From the NCBI GenBank assembly GCA_963575745.1, contig CAUYUJ010000001.1, positions 2,790,001 to 2,854,000 on the forward strand: DNA of 64,000 bases, in the 5' to 3' direction. Source of the DNA: Prorocentrum cordatum (lineage: Eukaryota). Positions 22,325 through 35,199 of this stretch are shown in pieces (the stretch's first letter is position 1; every line of letters begins with the position of its first letter). Both the position numbers and the translations under genes were made by a program. A model generated the notes under the pieces. It saw nothing but the letters and a program-made list of their open reading frames with translations. It was not told the origin of the DNA and ran no database searches.

Positions 22325-22452
22325 TGCGGCGTCAGCCAATGAATCAGCCTCCGCATGGAGCCGCGTCGGAGATGCATCGGCGATGCATCGCGAGCCTCCG
22401 ACCCCACCTGCTCGGACACCATCTGGGAAGCCTAGACTGTACTTGCGCGGCT

Positions 22453-22641
22453 TGACGAACCAACAACACACACCCATACCCATAGAGGGGTCGGAGAGGG
22501 CTATGGGTGCGTGTTGTCGGATGGAGGTCCCCGCTCGAACGAGAGCGTTCCCCAGGGTCCGACAACCCGCACCCATACCCACAGCCAGTCCTCCTCCCAA
22601 CGACCCCCCTATGGGTATGGGTGTGTGTTGTTCGTTCGTCA
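22453..22641. mobile_element. 189-bp MITE with TG...CA ends and 5-bp TSD CGGCT
   Basis: About 41-bp TIRs TGACGAACCAACAACACACACCCATACCCATAGAGGGGTCG and CGACCCCCCTATGGGTATGGGTGTGTGTTGTTCGTTCGTCA. CGGCT lies at 22448-22452 and 22642-22646. Confidence 0.88.
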
Positions 22642-23217
22642 CGGCTGGCGCCGTCCAGGCTGGAGACGCCCCTGGTGGGCAGGGCGGCCTCGCCGCCCAG
22701 CAGCTCCCCTGCGCGGCTCGAGCAGCTGCCGGGGCACTCCGAGGGGGCCCCGGCAGGCTGCCCCGCGGGGTCGGGGTCTTGCCGGGGGGCGCCGCGTCTG
22801 CCACGTGCACCGATCCTGGACAGGACCACCCCGGGCCAAAGATCCGTATCCGTGCGCGCCCGCTTGACCAGAGCCTTTGCTCGAGGGGGGGAAAGGGAAT
22901 GACAGGAAACTCGCGAAGCGCCAGCACATCGAACAGGGTGCCTCAGCTGAATCGGCAGCAGGAGCACCAACGCTTGTCACGGACACGGTGTCTGGAAGAT
23001 GCGCCTGCTTGACTACAATGCGGACGCGGTCGCGAGAAACCCTCGCAAGAGGCCCGACCCTGAAAATCAGCGCGCGCAGTGCAACAAATTGGGGACACGC
23101 ACGGAACCCCAACTGCTGCAGCTCCTGAATCCCCGCGGGGAAGTCACCGTGCACCGCGCGCAGCGAAGGAACCCGAGGTACCCTCGCGAACAGCAAATGA
23201 TTTTTGGATGCGCGTCC

Positions 23218-23414
23218 CTCGGGTCGGGCGAAAGGGGGGGATAGCAAAGGGGGGGTTTGAGAATCAGCTCACGTAGCTGATTTTCCCGGCGCCTCCCGGC
23301 GCCAGAGGCGGCTATGTATCGAGGAATGGGCCCCTCGGTGGGGGCGAAACCAGCTGCATGCAGCAGATTTCGTAACCCCCCCTTTCCCAATCCCCCCCTT
23401 TCGTCCGGCCCGAG
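23218..23414. mobile_element. 197-bp MITE, copy 2 (3-bp TSD TCC)
   Basis: Same TIRs and interior as 20511-20707, with TCC on both flanks. Confidence 0.88.
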
Positions 23415-24975
23415 TCCCCACTGTGCACCCGGGGGATGGGTGCGTGCTCACCGACCCTGGGCCCTCGAGGTCGGCCAGGTCCACCTCGGCACATGTGGGT
23501 GGCTCCGGGACTCCCGGATGTGCCGACAGTGACGCCCCTTGCAGAGCGTGACCGTGCTTCTGCCAGCCCTCCGTTGTCCTGGGCTGGCAAAAACCCCTCT
23601 CGCTCTACTTCCGTCAGAAGCCGTGGGCCCTCCGCGGGACCTCGCCGAGGCGAACGGTCAATCTTCGGAGCCCCCGGAAGGTGCGCGCACGGGGCTGCAT
23701 GGGCGACATGGGCGCCCACGTCGCGCCGAAGGCACTTTGGAAGTGCCTTCGGGGCGGCGCAGGGGCGACAAAAATGTCGGTGTTTGCGTGTCAGGGCGTT
23801 TTCTTTTGCGGAGGTGGGCGCCCTGGCGCGGACGGCCGAACGACCCCTGCAGCGGGACACCCTGGCCACGCGGTCGCCGCCGCAAAAACTGCCCGTTCAA
23901 CGCTGGCGCCGCGCAAAGGGGAACGAGAGCGGGAAGCACGCGTGTCTCCGGCCCCTCCGAACTGCAGAACAGGCCGCATAACCATCGGGCATCTGCTAAC
24001 CCGGGTGAATGAGACCCGGGTCAGCAGGAATCCAAATAATTGCAATGCAAAAACAAAAAAATGCAACGCAGGGCTTCGCAAACCCGGGTCAGCCAATATG
24101 CGCGGCCGCCTCGCGGCCACGAGCGGCTCGCTAACCCGGGTCAGCCATAAGGGGTCTAAGCAGGATCCTGCAGGATCCGATGCCCTGGCTGACGCCCGTT
24201 TGCATTGACCCCCGTCTCAAGGCTCCCGAAACCAGCGCGTCCCCCCTCAAACGCCGGCCATAACATCGCGAAGGTCTTGCAGCTCAGCTTTGCGGATGCA
24301 GTCGGCCCGTATCAGGATGCGCGATAAGGGTGCAGGGCTTGGACGCCCATCCCGAAGCTTCTCGAGCGGGGCACGGCCAACAGAAGTGGCCGAGGATGGA
24401 CCGAAGAGGCAAGGATGCAAGGGTGGCCTTAGGAAGGTTTCCCATCTTCACCATGCGCCCTCCCTCTAACGCCAGCCCTAACATCGCGAAGTGGATCATA
24501 GCCCTGCGAACTCACACCAAAAGCCCCCACGGTGGCTCTCACGAGGCACCAACAAGAGCTGCCGTGCAGATACGCCACCGTGTCGTCAGCACGTGCTGGA
24601 CTGCTCCATGGCTGATACAGCCCTGAGAAATCCGCCGACCCAGTCGGTGTGTGTGTGTGTGAGACGCTGTCGTCGTCTTCGTTGTCGTCGTCGCCAATCT
24701 CGAGGACATCGAGAGAGAAACACGTAAAAGAACAGTCGTTCCCTCCCCTCCCTCACGGGGGAGGTTGGGGTATGTGGGAGGGGGCGGGTGCCGGGTCAGA
24801 TTGCCGCCCCCCCGGGCGCCTCCCCCTCCTCTCCCCGGGCGGTTCCCCCTGTGGAAAAGGGGAACAGGGTGGTGGTCTCGTTGTCAAGGTCTGAAATCCC
24901 AGCTGGTAAGCTTACGTGAAAACCTTTCGCTTCCCCCCCAAAAAAACACTGGGGAATGGATCGGTCGGTGCGCGT

Positions 24976-25008
24976 TGTAGTGGTAGGAGTGGTAGCAATG
25001 GTAATAGC

Positions 25009-25100
<92 letters not shown>

Positions 25101-25139
25101 GTAGTAGGTAGTAGGTAGTAGTAGTAGTAGTAGTAGTAA

Positions 25140-25186
<47 letters not shown>

Positions 25187-25273
25187 ATAGTAGTAGTAGC
25201 AGTGGTAGTAGTAGTAGCAGTAGTAGTAGTAGTAGTTGTAGTAGTAGTAGTAGTAGTGGTAGTAGTAGTAGTC

Positions 25274-25336
<63 letters not shown>

Positions 25337-25646
25337 ATACTAGTAGTAGTAGTAGTAGTAGTAGTAGGAGGAGTAGGAGGAGGAGGAGTCGTACTAGTAG
25401 TAGTCGTACTAGTAGCAGTACTGGTAGTATTACGGGTAAGGGAAGTAGTCCTGGTAGTATTCGTAGTAGTAGTAGTAGTAGTAGTAGTAGCAGTAGTAGT
25501 AGTAGTAGTAGTAATAGTAGTAGTAGTAGTAGAAGAAGAAGTAGTAGTAGCAGTAGTAGTAGTAGTAGTAGTCGTGCTAGTAGTAGTAGTAGTAGTGGTA
25601 GAAATAGTGTCAGCAGTCGTCGTCGTAGTACTAGTAGCAGTAGTAA

Positions 25647-25707
<61 letters not shown>

Positions 25708-25921
25708 CGTAGTAGTAATAGTAGTAGTAGTACGGAATCGTGGAATTAGTAAGTGTAGTGGTGGTAGTAGTCGTAAGAGCGAACGCAGTAGTGATGGAAG
25801 TAGCCGTAGTCGTAGTAGTAGTAGTAATAATAATAGTAGTAGTAGTAGTCGTCGTAGTTCTAATCGTAGTCGTAGTAGTAGTAGTAGTAGTAGTAGTCGT
25901 CGTAGTAGTGGTAGTTGTAGC

Positions 25922-25956
<35 letters not shown>

Positions 25957-25973
25957 CAGTACTAGTAGTAGTC

Positions 25974-26010
<37 letters not shown>

Positions 26011-26036
26011 TAGTAGTAGTAGTCATGGTAGTAGTG

Positions 26037-26073
<37 letters not shown>

Positions 26074-26107
26074 TACTAGTAGTAGTAGTAGTAATGATAG
26101 CCGAAGG

Positions 26108-26139
<32 letters not shown>

Positions 26140-26195
26140 TAGTAGTAGTAGTAGTCGTAGTAGTAGTAGTCGTAGTAGTAATAGTAGTGGTAGTG

Positions 26196-26241
<46 letters not shown>

Positions 26242-26297
26242 TAGTCGTAGTAGTTGTAATAGTAGTAGTCAGAGTAATACTGATAGTAGTAGTAGTT

Positions 26298-26337
<40 letters not shown>

Positions 26338-26394
26338 TAGTAATCGTCGTCGTAATAATACAAGTAGTAGCAGTAGTGTTATTATTATTTGGAC

Positions 26395-26433
<39 letters not shown>

Positions 26434-26573
26434 AAGTGGTCGTAGTACTAGTCGTAGTAGTAGTCATTGTAGTAGTGGTAGTCCTAGTCGCAGTAGTAGT
26501 AACAATAGTAGCAGAAGTAGCAGTAGTAGTAATAGGAATACGGCTGATAGTAGTAGTGCTAGTAGTAGTAGTA

Positions 26574-26614
<41 letters not shown>

Positions 26615-26824
26615 CGTAATAGTAGTAGCAGTAGTAGTAGTAGTAGTAGTAGCAGTACTAACACAAGAAGTAGTAATAGAAATAGTAGTAGTAGTAGTAG
26701 TGACTTGCCTGATTTTAGTAAGAGGTAAAAAATCGTAATCGTAATAGTAGTAGTAGTCGTACTACTGGTGGCACGAATCGTAATATGAATAATACTACTA
26801 GTAGTCGCACTCGTAGTCGTAGTG

Positions 26825-26855
<31 letters not shown>

Positions 26856-26933
26856 TGGTAGTAGTAGTAGAAGTAGTAGTAGTAGCAGTAGTAGTAGTAT
26901 TATTATTATTATTAGTAGTCGTAGTAGTAGTAT

Positions 26934-26990
<57 letters not shown>

Positions 26991-27004
26991 AAGTAGTAGA
27001 AGTA

Positions 27005-27055
<51 letters not shown>

Positions 27056-27195
27056 CTCGTAATCGTAAAAATTATATGGGCACTTCTATTAATAGCAGTA
27101 GTAGTAGTATTAGTGGTAATAGTAGTAGTAGTGGTAGTAGTAGTAATAGTAGTAGTAGTAGTAGTCGTTGTTGTTGAAGTCGTTTTAGTAGAAGT

Positions 27196-27260
<65 letters not shown>

Positions 27261-27978
27261 CAGTAGCATTAGTAATCGTAAATTAAAAGCAATAGTAATA
27301 GTAATAGTAATAGCAATAATGATAGCAGTAGTTGAAGTAGTCGTGGTCGTAGTAGTAGTCGCAGTAGTAGTAACAATAATGGTTGTAGTCGTAGTAGTAG
27401 TAATCGTAGTCAGCATAGTGGAAATACATCCAGTAGTTCTGATAGTAGTAATAAGGCTGGTGACATCAAAAAATGAGTTGTAGTTGCAGCAATTAAAAGA
27501 GAAGAAATAGTGGTAGTAATAGTCGTAGTAGTTGTTGTAGTCGTAGTGGTGGTGGTAGTTGTAGTCGTAGTAGTAGTAGGTCGCATTAGTCATCGTAGTC
27601 ATGGTAGAAGTCGTAGTAGTGGTAGTAATTGTACAGATAATACGAATAGTAATAGTAGTCGTAGTCGTAGAAGTAACAGTGGCACTAGCAATACTTGTAG
27701 TAGTGCTATCCGTAAAGGAAGAAGTAGTGATAGCAGTGGTAGTAGTAGTAACCGAAGTCGTATTAATAGTATGAATATTGATAGCCAGCGCCGTAGTATA
27801 TCATAAAAATCGCAGTCGTCGTGGTCGTAGTAATAGTACTAGTTGTGTAGTAGCAATAATAGTTATAGTCGTCGCAGTAGCCGTAGTAATAATTAAAAAA
27901 GTTGGCATAGTAGTAGCAACGCAAGTCGTCATCGTCATCGTCGCGATAGTAGTCGTAGATGTAGAAATAGTAGGAGTA

Positions 27979-28016
<38 letters not shown>

Positions 28017-28450
28017 CGTAGAAGTAGTAGTATTAGCAATATTAATAGTAGTATTCGTAATGGGGTTAGTAGTACTCGTAGGAATAATAATAATAGTCGT
28101 AGTAATAGTAATAGTAAGTGGTGGCGGTAGTCGTAATTTGTAGTAGCCGCATTCGTAGTAATACTAATGGTAATACTATAGTTCTAGTAACAGTAATCGT
28201 AATAGTCATCATGGTAGTAGTAGTAGTAGTAGTCGTCGTCATCGTGGTAGTAGTCGTAGTAATACACTGGTAGTACTTGTAGTAGTAGTAGTAGTAGTAG
28301 TAGTAGTTGTTGTTGTAGTAGTAGTGGTAGTCGTAGTAGGAGTAGAAGTAGTAGTAGTAGTAGTAGTAAGGTAATAGTAGTAGTAGCCGCAGGAGTAGTA
28401 GTAGTAGTTTTAACAGTGATGGTAGCAATCATGGCAATCGAAATAGTAGT
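24976..28450. repeat. About 3.5-kb (TAG)n microsatellite, progressively degenerate
   Basis: Directly visible. It is the source of the poly-V/S/T/Y/L pseudo-ORFs. Confidence 0.97.
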
Positions 28451-29619
28451 GCCACGCATTCGCTATGGCCAGCGAGTTCCCGCCCATCTATGGCCGATAC
28501 CTGTGTTTGGCCGTCAATGCAGGTATATGAGAATCGAATGCAAACTAAGATTGGTTCGCACTTGAATCCTATCTCCCCCCTTCTAGGAGTCCGTGGGACT
28601 GCTATGGCATTCCGTCGCGAGCTAAGAGCTCGCCCGCCCCCCCCAACACGATTCCGCCTGACTCCTTCTAGCATCCCAGTAGCCCTCCTACGCCACTCCC
28701 ATACTATTCCGAATGACTGTTAGAACATCCCGCAGGTATCCGATCGCACTCCCATGCTCTTCGCGTGAGCTTTCCTGGGGCTGCCGTCGCATTCCGTAGA
28801 GAACCTATAGCAGTCCAATCCCGCAGGTTTGCTATCGCATCCTGTTGGGGTCCTGGAGCAGTCGTGCACGCCTCCTATGGGGTTCAATCGGGCTGCTATG
28901 GCATCACGTAGGGACCCTATATCAGTCATGTACCTCTCCTATAATGTTTCGCATGGCTGTTAGAGCATCCCCAGGGGGTCCTGCAGACCTCCCATGCCCT
29001 CCTGTTGGAGCTCGTAGGACTGCCATGCATTCCGTAGGGATATCAGACTCCCGTGCCCTTCCATGGGATTCCGTGAGACTGCTGCAGCATTCCTTAGGGG
29101 TGCTGCACCCTTCCCATGCCACGAACTCGGAGCTTTCAGTCCGCGAAAAGCAGGCATGTAATCTCCAGGCTCTCCGGGGGTGCGCCGGGGAATTCACGCG
29201 CTTCCCCGCCCCCGCCCGCCCCCGCCCCCCGCCCGTCCTTCAGCGATATGTTGGACCTTCGGGGAGGCCCAAGATCGGGCGGCCGCCAATGCTTGGATTT
29301 TGATGGGAGCCCTGTTGGGCTTCAATGGGGCTCAATTTGGGCCCCGCAAAAGCTTCTCATCGAATTCATATGGGATGGCCTGTGAATGGATACAACTAAG
29401 CCTTGTATTGGATGCCATATGGAAGGCCTCCTGTTGGAACCCAATGGCCTTATTTGGTTGCACTGGGGGGGCTCCCTATCAAAGTTCTTCTCAGAGTCCA
29501 AAGGGCACCCATCAAAATCCCAACATGCACCACGGCTTAGCTGGACTTGCAGGGGCATGGCGCGGCTTACAAGGGGTCAGCGAGTTCTGGGAAAGCTCGG
29601 CAGGGGTACGAGGAGGTTT

Positions 29620-30417
29620 TGAAGGGCGTACCAAGCATTACCAGTGCTTAACAGAGCTTAGCAGGGCAGGACTTAGCAGGGCTATCAGGGCTCACAAAAG
29701 CTCAGCAGGGAAATGCGACGCTCACCAGGGCGTGCCAGGGCTCCGCGTGGCAGACCAGGGTTGAGCAGGGCTGCGCATGTCTTACCCAAAGCTTACCAGA
29801 GCTTAGCTGGGCTGTGCAAAGCTCAGCAAGACTACAACACTTAGCAAGGTTTGCTCACGCTGACCAGGGCGTGGCAGGGCACCGCAAAGCGTACCCGCGA
29901 TCATAGCAGGTTTGAGCTTAGCAGGGCTGACCAGGGCTCAGCAAGGCGATTCAGAAAGGCTTACCAAATATAGCCAGGGTTCACCAAGACTTACCAGGAC
30001 GTACCAGGGCTTGCCAGAATTTACTAGGGCTGAGCAGGGTTTCGCCATGAGTACCAAGGGCCAGCAGGAGGTAGCCCTGCTTAGCAGAGCTCTGCGGAGC
30101 CTTGCAGGGCTTGCCAGAATTTAGCAAGGCTTCGAAAGGGTTGCAGGGCGAACAAAGGCTCTGCAAGGCCCACCAAGGCTTAGACGGGCTGGGCAAAGCT
30201 CAGCGGGGCTTCGCATGGCCTAGCAGAGCTTAGCAGGGCTCTGCAAGGCTGAGCAGGGCTTAGCCAGGCTTACCAATGCTTATATCAGGGCTTACCAGAG
30301 TTCAGCAGGGCCCAGCTGGGCTCAGCAGGACTTGGCGGGGCTGAGCAGCGCTTAGCAAAACGTAGCAGGGCTTAGCAAGGCTTAGCGTGGCTTAGCCAGG
30401 CTTAGCATGGCTTAGCA
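29620..30417. repeat. Degenerate 10-bp satellite (CTTAGCAGGG)n
   Basis: 10-bp periodicity is clearest at 30350-30417 (CTTAGCAAGG CTTAGCGTGG CTTAGCCAGG CTTAGCATGG). Confidence 0.85.
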
Positions 30418-30779
30418 CTCTACTCCCCGGCTTATGGTCGGTACTTTGGCTGGGCCTTCAGTGTGGTCGCATGGGAGCATTATTTGGATTCTGTGCATAT
30501 GACACTTCCCATATAGCAGGAGTCTGCGTAACATACATTTATAATATAGTCGGTTTCCATTAACATGTGTTTCCAATACTTTGGGCTTCCACTACATTGA
30601 GTTTCGGATCTATGGGGTTTCCAACACATTTGGCTTCATTATGCTTGTACGTATCTTTGTCATCAGTTGGTCCCCCCTATATCGGATTGCCAACGCAGGT
30701 GCGAACCCAAACCCAAACCTGAATCGCACAATACATCGATCAAGTGCGACCCTATAAGATATAATGATACTATGAATAC

Positions 30780-31266
30780 AAATAGTTGTAGTCGCAGTAC
30801 TGCTAGTAGTAGTAGTAGTAGTCGTAGTCGTAGTCGTATTAGACATAATAGTAGTAGTGGTTGTAGCAGTAAACATATAGCCGTAGTTCCAGTAGGTAGG
30901 TAGATGGTAGTCGTAGTATCAGTAGAAGTAATGATTATGGTAGCAATAGTAATACATATATCAGTAGTAGCACTCGTAAAGGTACGTGTAATAATGACAG
31001 TCGCGATCGCAGTAGTAGTCGTAATAGTTGTAGTAGTAGCAATGAAAATAGTAGTAGTTATACTAATAATAGCGGTAATACTAGTAGTAGTAATCGTGGT
31101 GTTGGTAGTCGTTGTAAAAGTAAAACTAGTAGTCGTAGTAGTAGTCGCCGTCGTCGTAGTAGTAGTAGTAGTAGTAGTAATAGTAGTAGTAGAGGTAGTA
31201 GTCGTCGTAGTCGTAGTCGGAGTCGGAGTCGTAGTCGTAGTCGTCGTCGTAGTAGTAGTCGTAGTG

Positions 31267-31317
<51 letters not shown>

Positions 31318-31475
31318 ATAGTAGTAGTAGTAGTGGTAGTAGTAGTAGTAGTAGCAGTAGTAGTAGGAGTAGGAGTGTTTGTGGCAGTAGTAGTAGAAGT
31401 AGTAGAAGTAGTAGAAGTAGTAGTAATAATAATAGTAGTAGTAGTAGTAGTAAGGACAATAATACTACTAGCAGA
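30780..31475. repeat. (TAG)n microsatellite, second block
   Basis: Directly visible. Confidence 0.95.
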
Positions 31476-33779
31476 CATACTAAACATGCGGATGAAATAG
31501 TTCCCCCCCTGGGCTCAGCGGCGGCAGCGGCCAGGGGAGGAAGTGCCGGTAGCGCCGATGGCGGAGCCGCGCCCTCCCGGGCAGCCAGGGCCACCGCGCG
31601 CGCAGGCGGCGACCGCTGCGCCAGCTGCGCAGGACCCGCGAGGGGAAGCGGCGCAGCACGAGTCTGGCGAGTTACGCCGCTGAGTCTAACCAGACTTCCA
31701 GCCAGCCGAAGTTCGACGTGCGGGCAATACTTTGCCTCGGTCCGCTCGCTTGGGACGTCGCGCCCCCTGCGCCATTTCGACTGCCTTGCGCTTGCCGAGA
31801 GTCGCATGGCCAGTGAGAGACGGGCTCATTGGGCTGTCCAGGCGAAGAACGCTCATCTTTCAGATCAGGTCATAATCCAGCTCGGCCTCGAGCAGACTGC
31901 GCGAGCGCAAGGGCTAACGAGGGGGGGGCGTTGTTCCAGATGGCGGCTGCGTCCGCTCGCGGGGGCCTCCAGGCGCCTGAGGTGGAGGGTCCAGCGACTG
32001 CCAACCGCTCTGCGCCACTGCCTACCAAGCTTTTGACGGTGTACTCCCAGACGCTCCACATCAAGGGGCCATCGACTGTTCTCATCGTATTATGCTGCAT
32101 TGCGTTTTTAGGCTTCAAGGCTGAGCATGCTCAGAGACTGATTCGTCCTGGCATATGTTGATCTCTGTTGCAACCCCCCATTATGCCATGAGAGGTAACT
32201 GCAACATGCCCCCCCCTCGGAGGTCCCGCAAAAAGTGTTTATCGAACGGGCGCAAGGCTTGCGTTCCAATCGCAAATGGAGCACGCTTGCGTCGCAGGGT
32301 CTGGCCAATCCCACGCAGAATGCATCTTGGTTCTCAAGTCGGCAGCACCTTCCGCGTGTCTTGTTGCGGCGGTGCTGGAGGCCCCCTGGGCGCGCATTGC
32401 GGCGTCAACGTTTCGCTGCTCAGCGATGGGGCGTTAGCTCATCACCAGAGCCCAAAGTCCCCCCCCCCCCAGGCCCCCAGGCCCAGCGCGCAGCCTAATC
32501 CCTCTAGCAAATCCCGAGTTGCGAAGCGCCAGAGGCGAGGGGCCCGACATGCGTTTCCCAACAAATTTCGGGATGCGCGCGCGACGCTTTTAAGGTGGAC
32601 CTCGTGGGGGCCTCCGAGGACAGCCCCAGCCGGGGCTCTGGATTCCCGACTTGCACCGGGAAGCGATGTGCGGGATCCCTTTGATTATGGGCGTCCCGAC
32701 GGCCCCCCAGAAGTGGAGGGCCCGGGGGCCAGCCAGTCCGAAGTTGCTCTCAAGGCTTCTGGGCATGCCCAGGTGCGTGTCTCTTCGGAAAATGCCCGCC
32801 GAGATTCCGCATAAGAGCTCTGTAGAGCCTGGGGATCTGGGCAACTCTGTGCGCGCAAGCCCCCCCGCCCCTCGCCGCCGCCAACATCCCCGAGCACGCT
32901 TGGTTGGGCCGAGAGTCGGAAGCAAGTCGGGCGCATCGAGCATGCGTCGGAGAATGTCTGGCCAGCGGTTGCGAAGTCCATCGCAGCCTGGATTTGGGGG
33001 GCGAACACATCTCGGCAATGAGTGGCACGCGCGCGGCGCGGGACAAAGCAGCAGGGCGCGCCGCTCTCACGCATCGCGGTGATATTAGTGCACGCAGGTC
33101 TCGAGGTGAAGGTCCTGGGATTGTCGCGAGGATGTCCAGCGTTCTGAGGGCATTGGATCAGAGACTCTCGCTGATGTTATAGCCGACTGGGGCCGAGAAT
33201 TAACGCCATTATTTCGCGGCTGAATCGGCTCAGAGCTCGAGGCAACGGTCGCATGCCGGTGCAGCATTTGTGCCCAGTTGCAATTGCTCTTGTCAGTCAT
33301 ATTCCCGATGGGGCCCACTGCGTTGCCCCCACCGCTCGTGGGACATCCGATTTGGGCTCTTTGGATTCATCGCACGGGGTTTCTGGAGGGCGTGGAAATT
33401 GTCACTCTGGGGTGTATTCGAGATTTCGCTGAGAATAGCAGCTGAACGTTCGCACGGTCGAGCTGTTCGCGGCTCCCTCAAGCGCCTGCAAGACTGGATG
33501 GTCGGGGAAAGCTCCCTGGGGGCCCATCTTCAAATCGTTGCGGGAGGTGTCCCGGGCTGCCGATGAGCGCGTTCGCCAATGGGTTCAGCGCTTTCACCAG
33601 ACGGGCATCTTTGACGCCAAAGTGGGGAATTGGCAGCATCCGTGGTCGTCGCAGACCCTCGACTCTCACGTCGCTGAGTCGCACCTAGGCACGATCTGGG
33701 CAGCAGCTGAATCTGATAGGCCCCCCCCCCCGCGCAAGTTCCTGACACCTGGGCAGACTCAAACAGACAAACGTGGCAA

Positions 33780-34760
33780 GCAAAACCGGGCATCGATCGG
33801 CCGTCGCCGCGCGATTTCGACACATTGCCAAATGGCGCGCTCCCCGAGCTCATCGATGCTTTCGCTGCTAGATTGCATGGCGTGGCCCTGAAAAGCCCCC
33901 CTGATGCGGGGGATGCTTGCAGCGCAAACAATCTGGCGGTGATCGTGTCATTGGTTGAATTTTGACGCTTTGTCGGGCTTGGAATCTTGCCAGGGGCCCA
34001 TGCGCTCGCGAGTAGCCCGCCCCGCTCTTCTCCGAATGGGGCGCAGCGGTCGCCGCCGACAGCGCGTTGCGCGAAGCCTATATTCGCGAGCTGAACCAAG
34101 CTAAGAGATCTGGGCACAGTTGGGGGCCGCGGTTGGGCAATCCATCGTCGATGCAAAAAATGCAACGATCACCCGAAACTTGTCGCGTCCGCTTCTCGTC
34201 TCGGCTTCCGACCGTCCTTCTCTAGATTCAGCTTCAGCTCCGCGCGGCGCCTGCCCCCCCCCCCCCCCCCCCCCTCAACACGGCGCTCTTTCGCTCGCTG
34301 TCCAGCCGACCAAGAGCGTGGCCCAAAGTCGCGGCAATGGTGCGAGATTCGCTCGGCGCGCGACGTTTTCCGTTCTTGCGAAGCCCCCTATCGCGCGCCC
34401 TCGAACGGCAGAGAAGTTGTTGACAGATGACTTGGAGCGCTCTATCGCAGGCTCGGCGCCGGCAGCGCAACGGGAGCTCATCTCTTCCATCGGCGACGTC
34501 GCCATTGAGTTTAAAGGGCAGGAGCTTGACATTGCGAGCACATGCGCTACCGCGCGTTTTAAGCGCAGCTTCGCCATGGCAGTCCCGAAGCAACTCCAAA
34601 GGCAGGGCGTGGGGATCACCTGGCACGGCAGTCTGGGCATCTGGATGCTGATCGGGCAAGAGACTCGAGCGCTCTGTTCGTCGTCGACGCGCTATCAAGT
34701 CTGCCTCTCAACGCGGCAAGCTGCGGGCCTTTGCGAATGCCTCGCGGATGTGCGAGGTCA
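33780..34760 (+). pseudogene. Decayed non-LTR retrotransposon reverse transcriptase
   Basis: Motifs occur in RT order across frameshifts: GIDRPSPRDFDTLPNGALPELID (~33789); RKQSGGDRVIG*ILTLCRAWNLAR (~33923, compare K..GG.RPI.L....R.W); IVDAKK (domain 3); KLLTDDL (YxDD-like); SLGI (domain 7). Confidence 0.6.
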
Positions 34761-35199
34761 CTGAGGGCGGAGGGCTTGAAGGTCACCGACCTGGTTCTAC
34801 CTGTGGCTGTCGACTGTTTGAAGCTAACTGTTGGACAACAATTCCTTTTCTTTCGGGGGCGTTTGGGGGCGGTCTCGGGCGCGGCCACTACGGGGCGGTG
34901 CTTAGCCATTTTGTTGGACCTTAAATCCCCTGGCCATCACCCTGGGGTTCGACTCCCCGCCGCTTGTCTCCGGGAATGGATCAGAATTTGGATGGGGGGG
35001 GCCTCAGGTCAGACCCAATCTCCTGCGTGCTCGGGGACAGGTCCTCAGGAAGTCTCATCTCCTGGATTCTGCCGCTCGCGCAAGTGACGTTCGCGGCCGC
35101 CTTTCGGCCACCTTGGCGCGCTTGCTGGAAGCGGGGGGGGGGGGGGGGGCAGGGCTGCCAGCGCGCGCGAGGCCACTCGCGCGAGGGATGGCGCACGCA

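Larger units (their letters stand above)
21119..22433. mobile_element. MITE with GATGCATCGGC repeats, expanded by two nested insertions
   Basis: TIRs GCCTCCCAGATGGGGTCCGAG and CTCGGACACCATCTGGGAAGC. An uninterrupted ~225-bp relative lies at 41108-41333. Confidence 0.75.

Noticed and set aside
23726..23752. Perfect 12-bp-stem hairpin CCGAAGGCACTT-TGG-AAGTGCCTTCGG as a terminator
   Set aside because: There is no U-tract or adjacent gene and the context is eukaryotic. It is likely part of an unclassified repeat.
24976..28450. Long poly-V/S/T/Y/L ORFs; similar ORFs at 9.7-10.7, 30.7-31.8, 41.6-44.3 and 50.2-51.7 kb
   Set aside because: They are translations of trinucleotide microsatellites in stop-free frames.
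29620..30417. Interstitial telomeric repeat
   Set aside because: The unit is a 10-mer CTTAGCAGGG, not TTTAGGG or TTAGGG.
34903..34913. TAGCCATTTTG, a partial match to the dinoflagellate spliced leader
   Set aside because: Only 11 nt match, the GCTCAAG 3' part is absent and no coding sequence follows. Probably chance.
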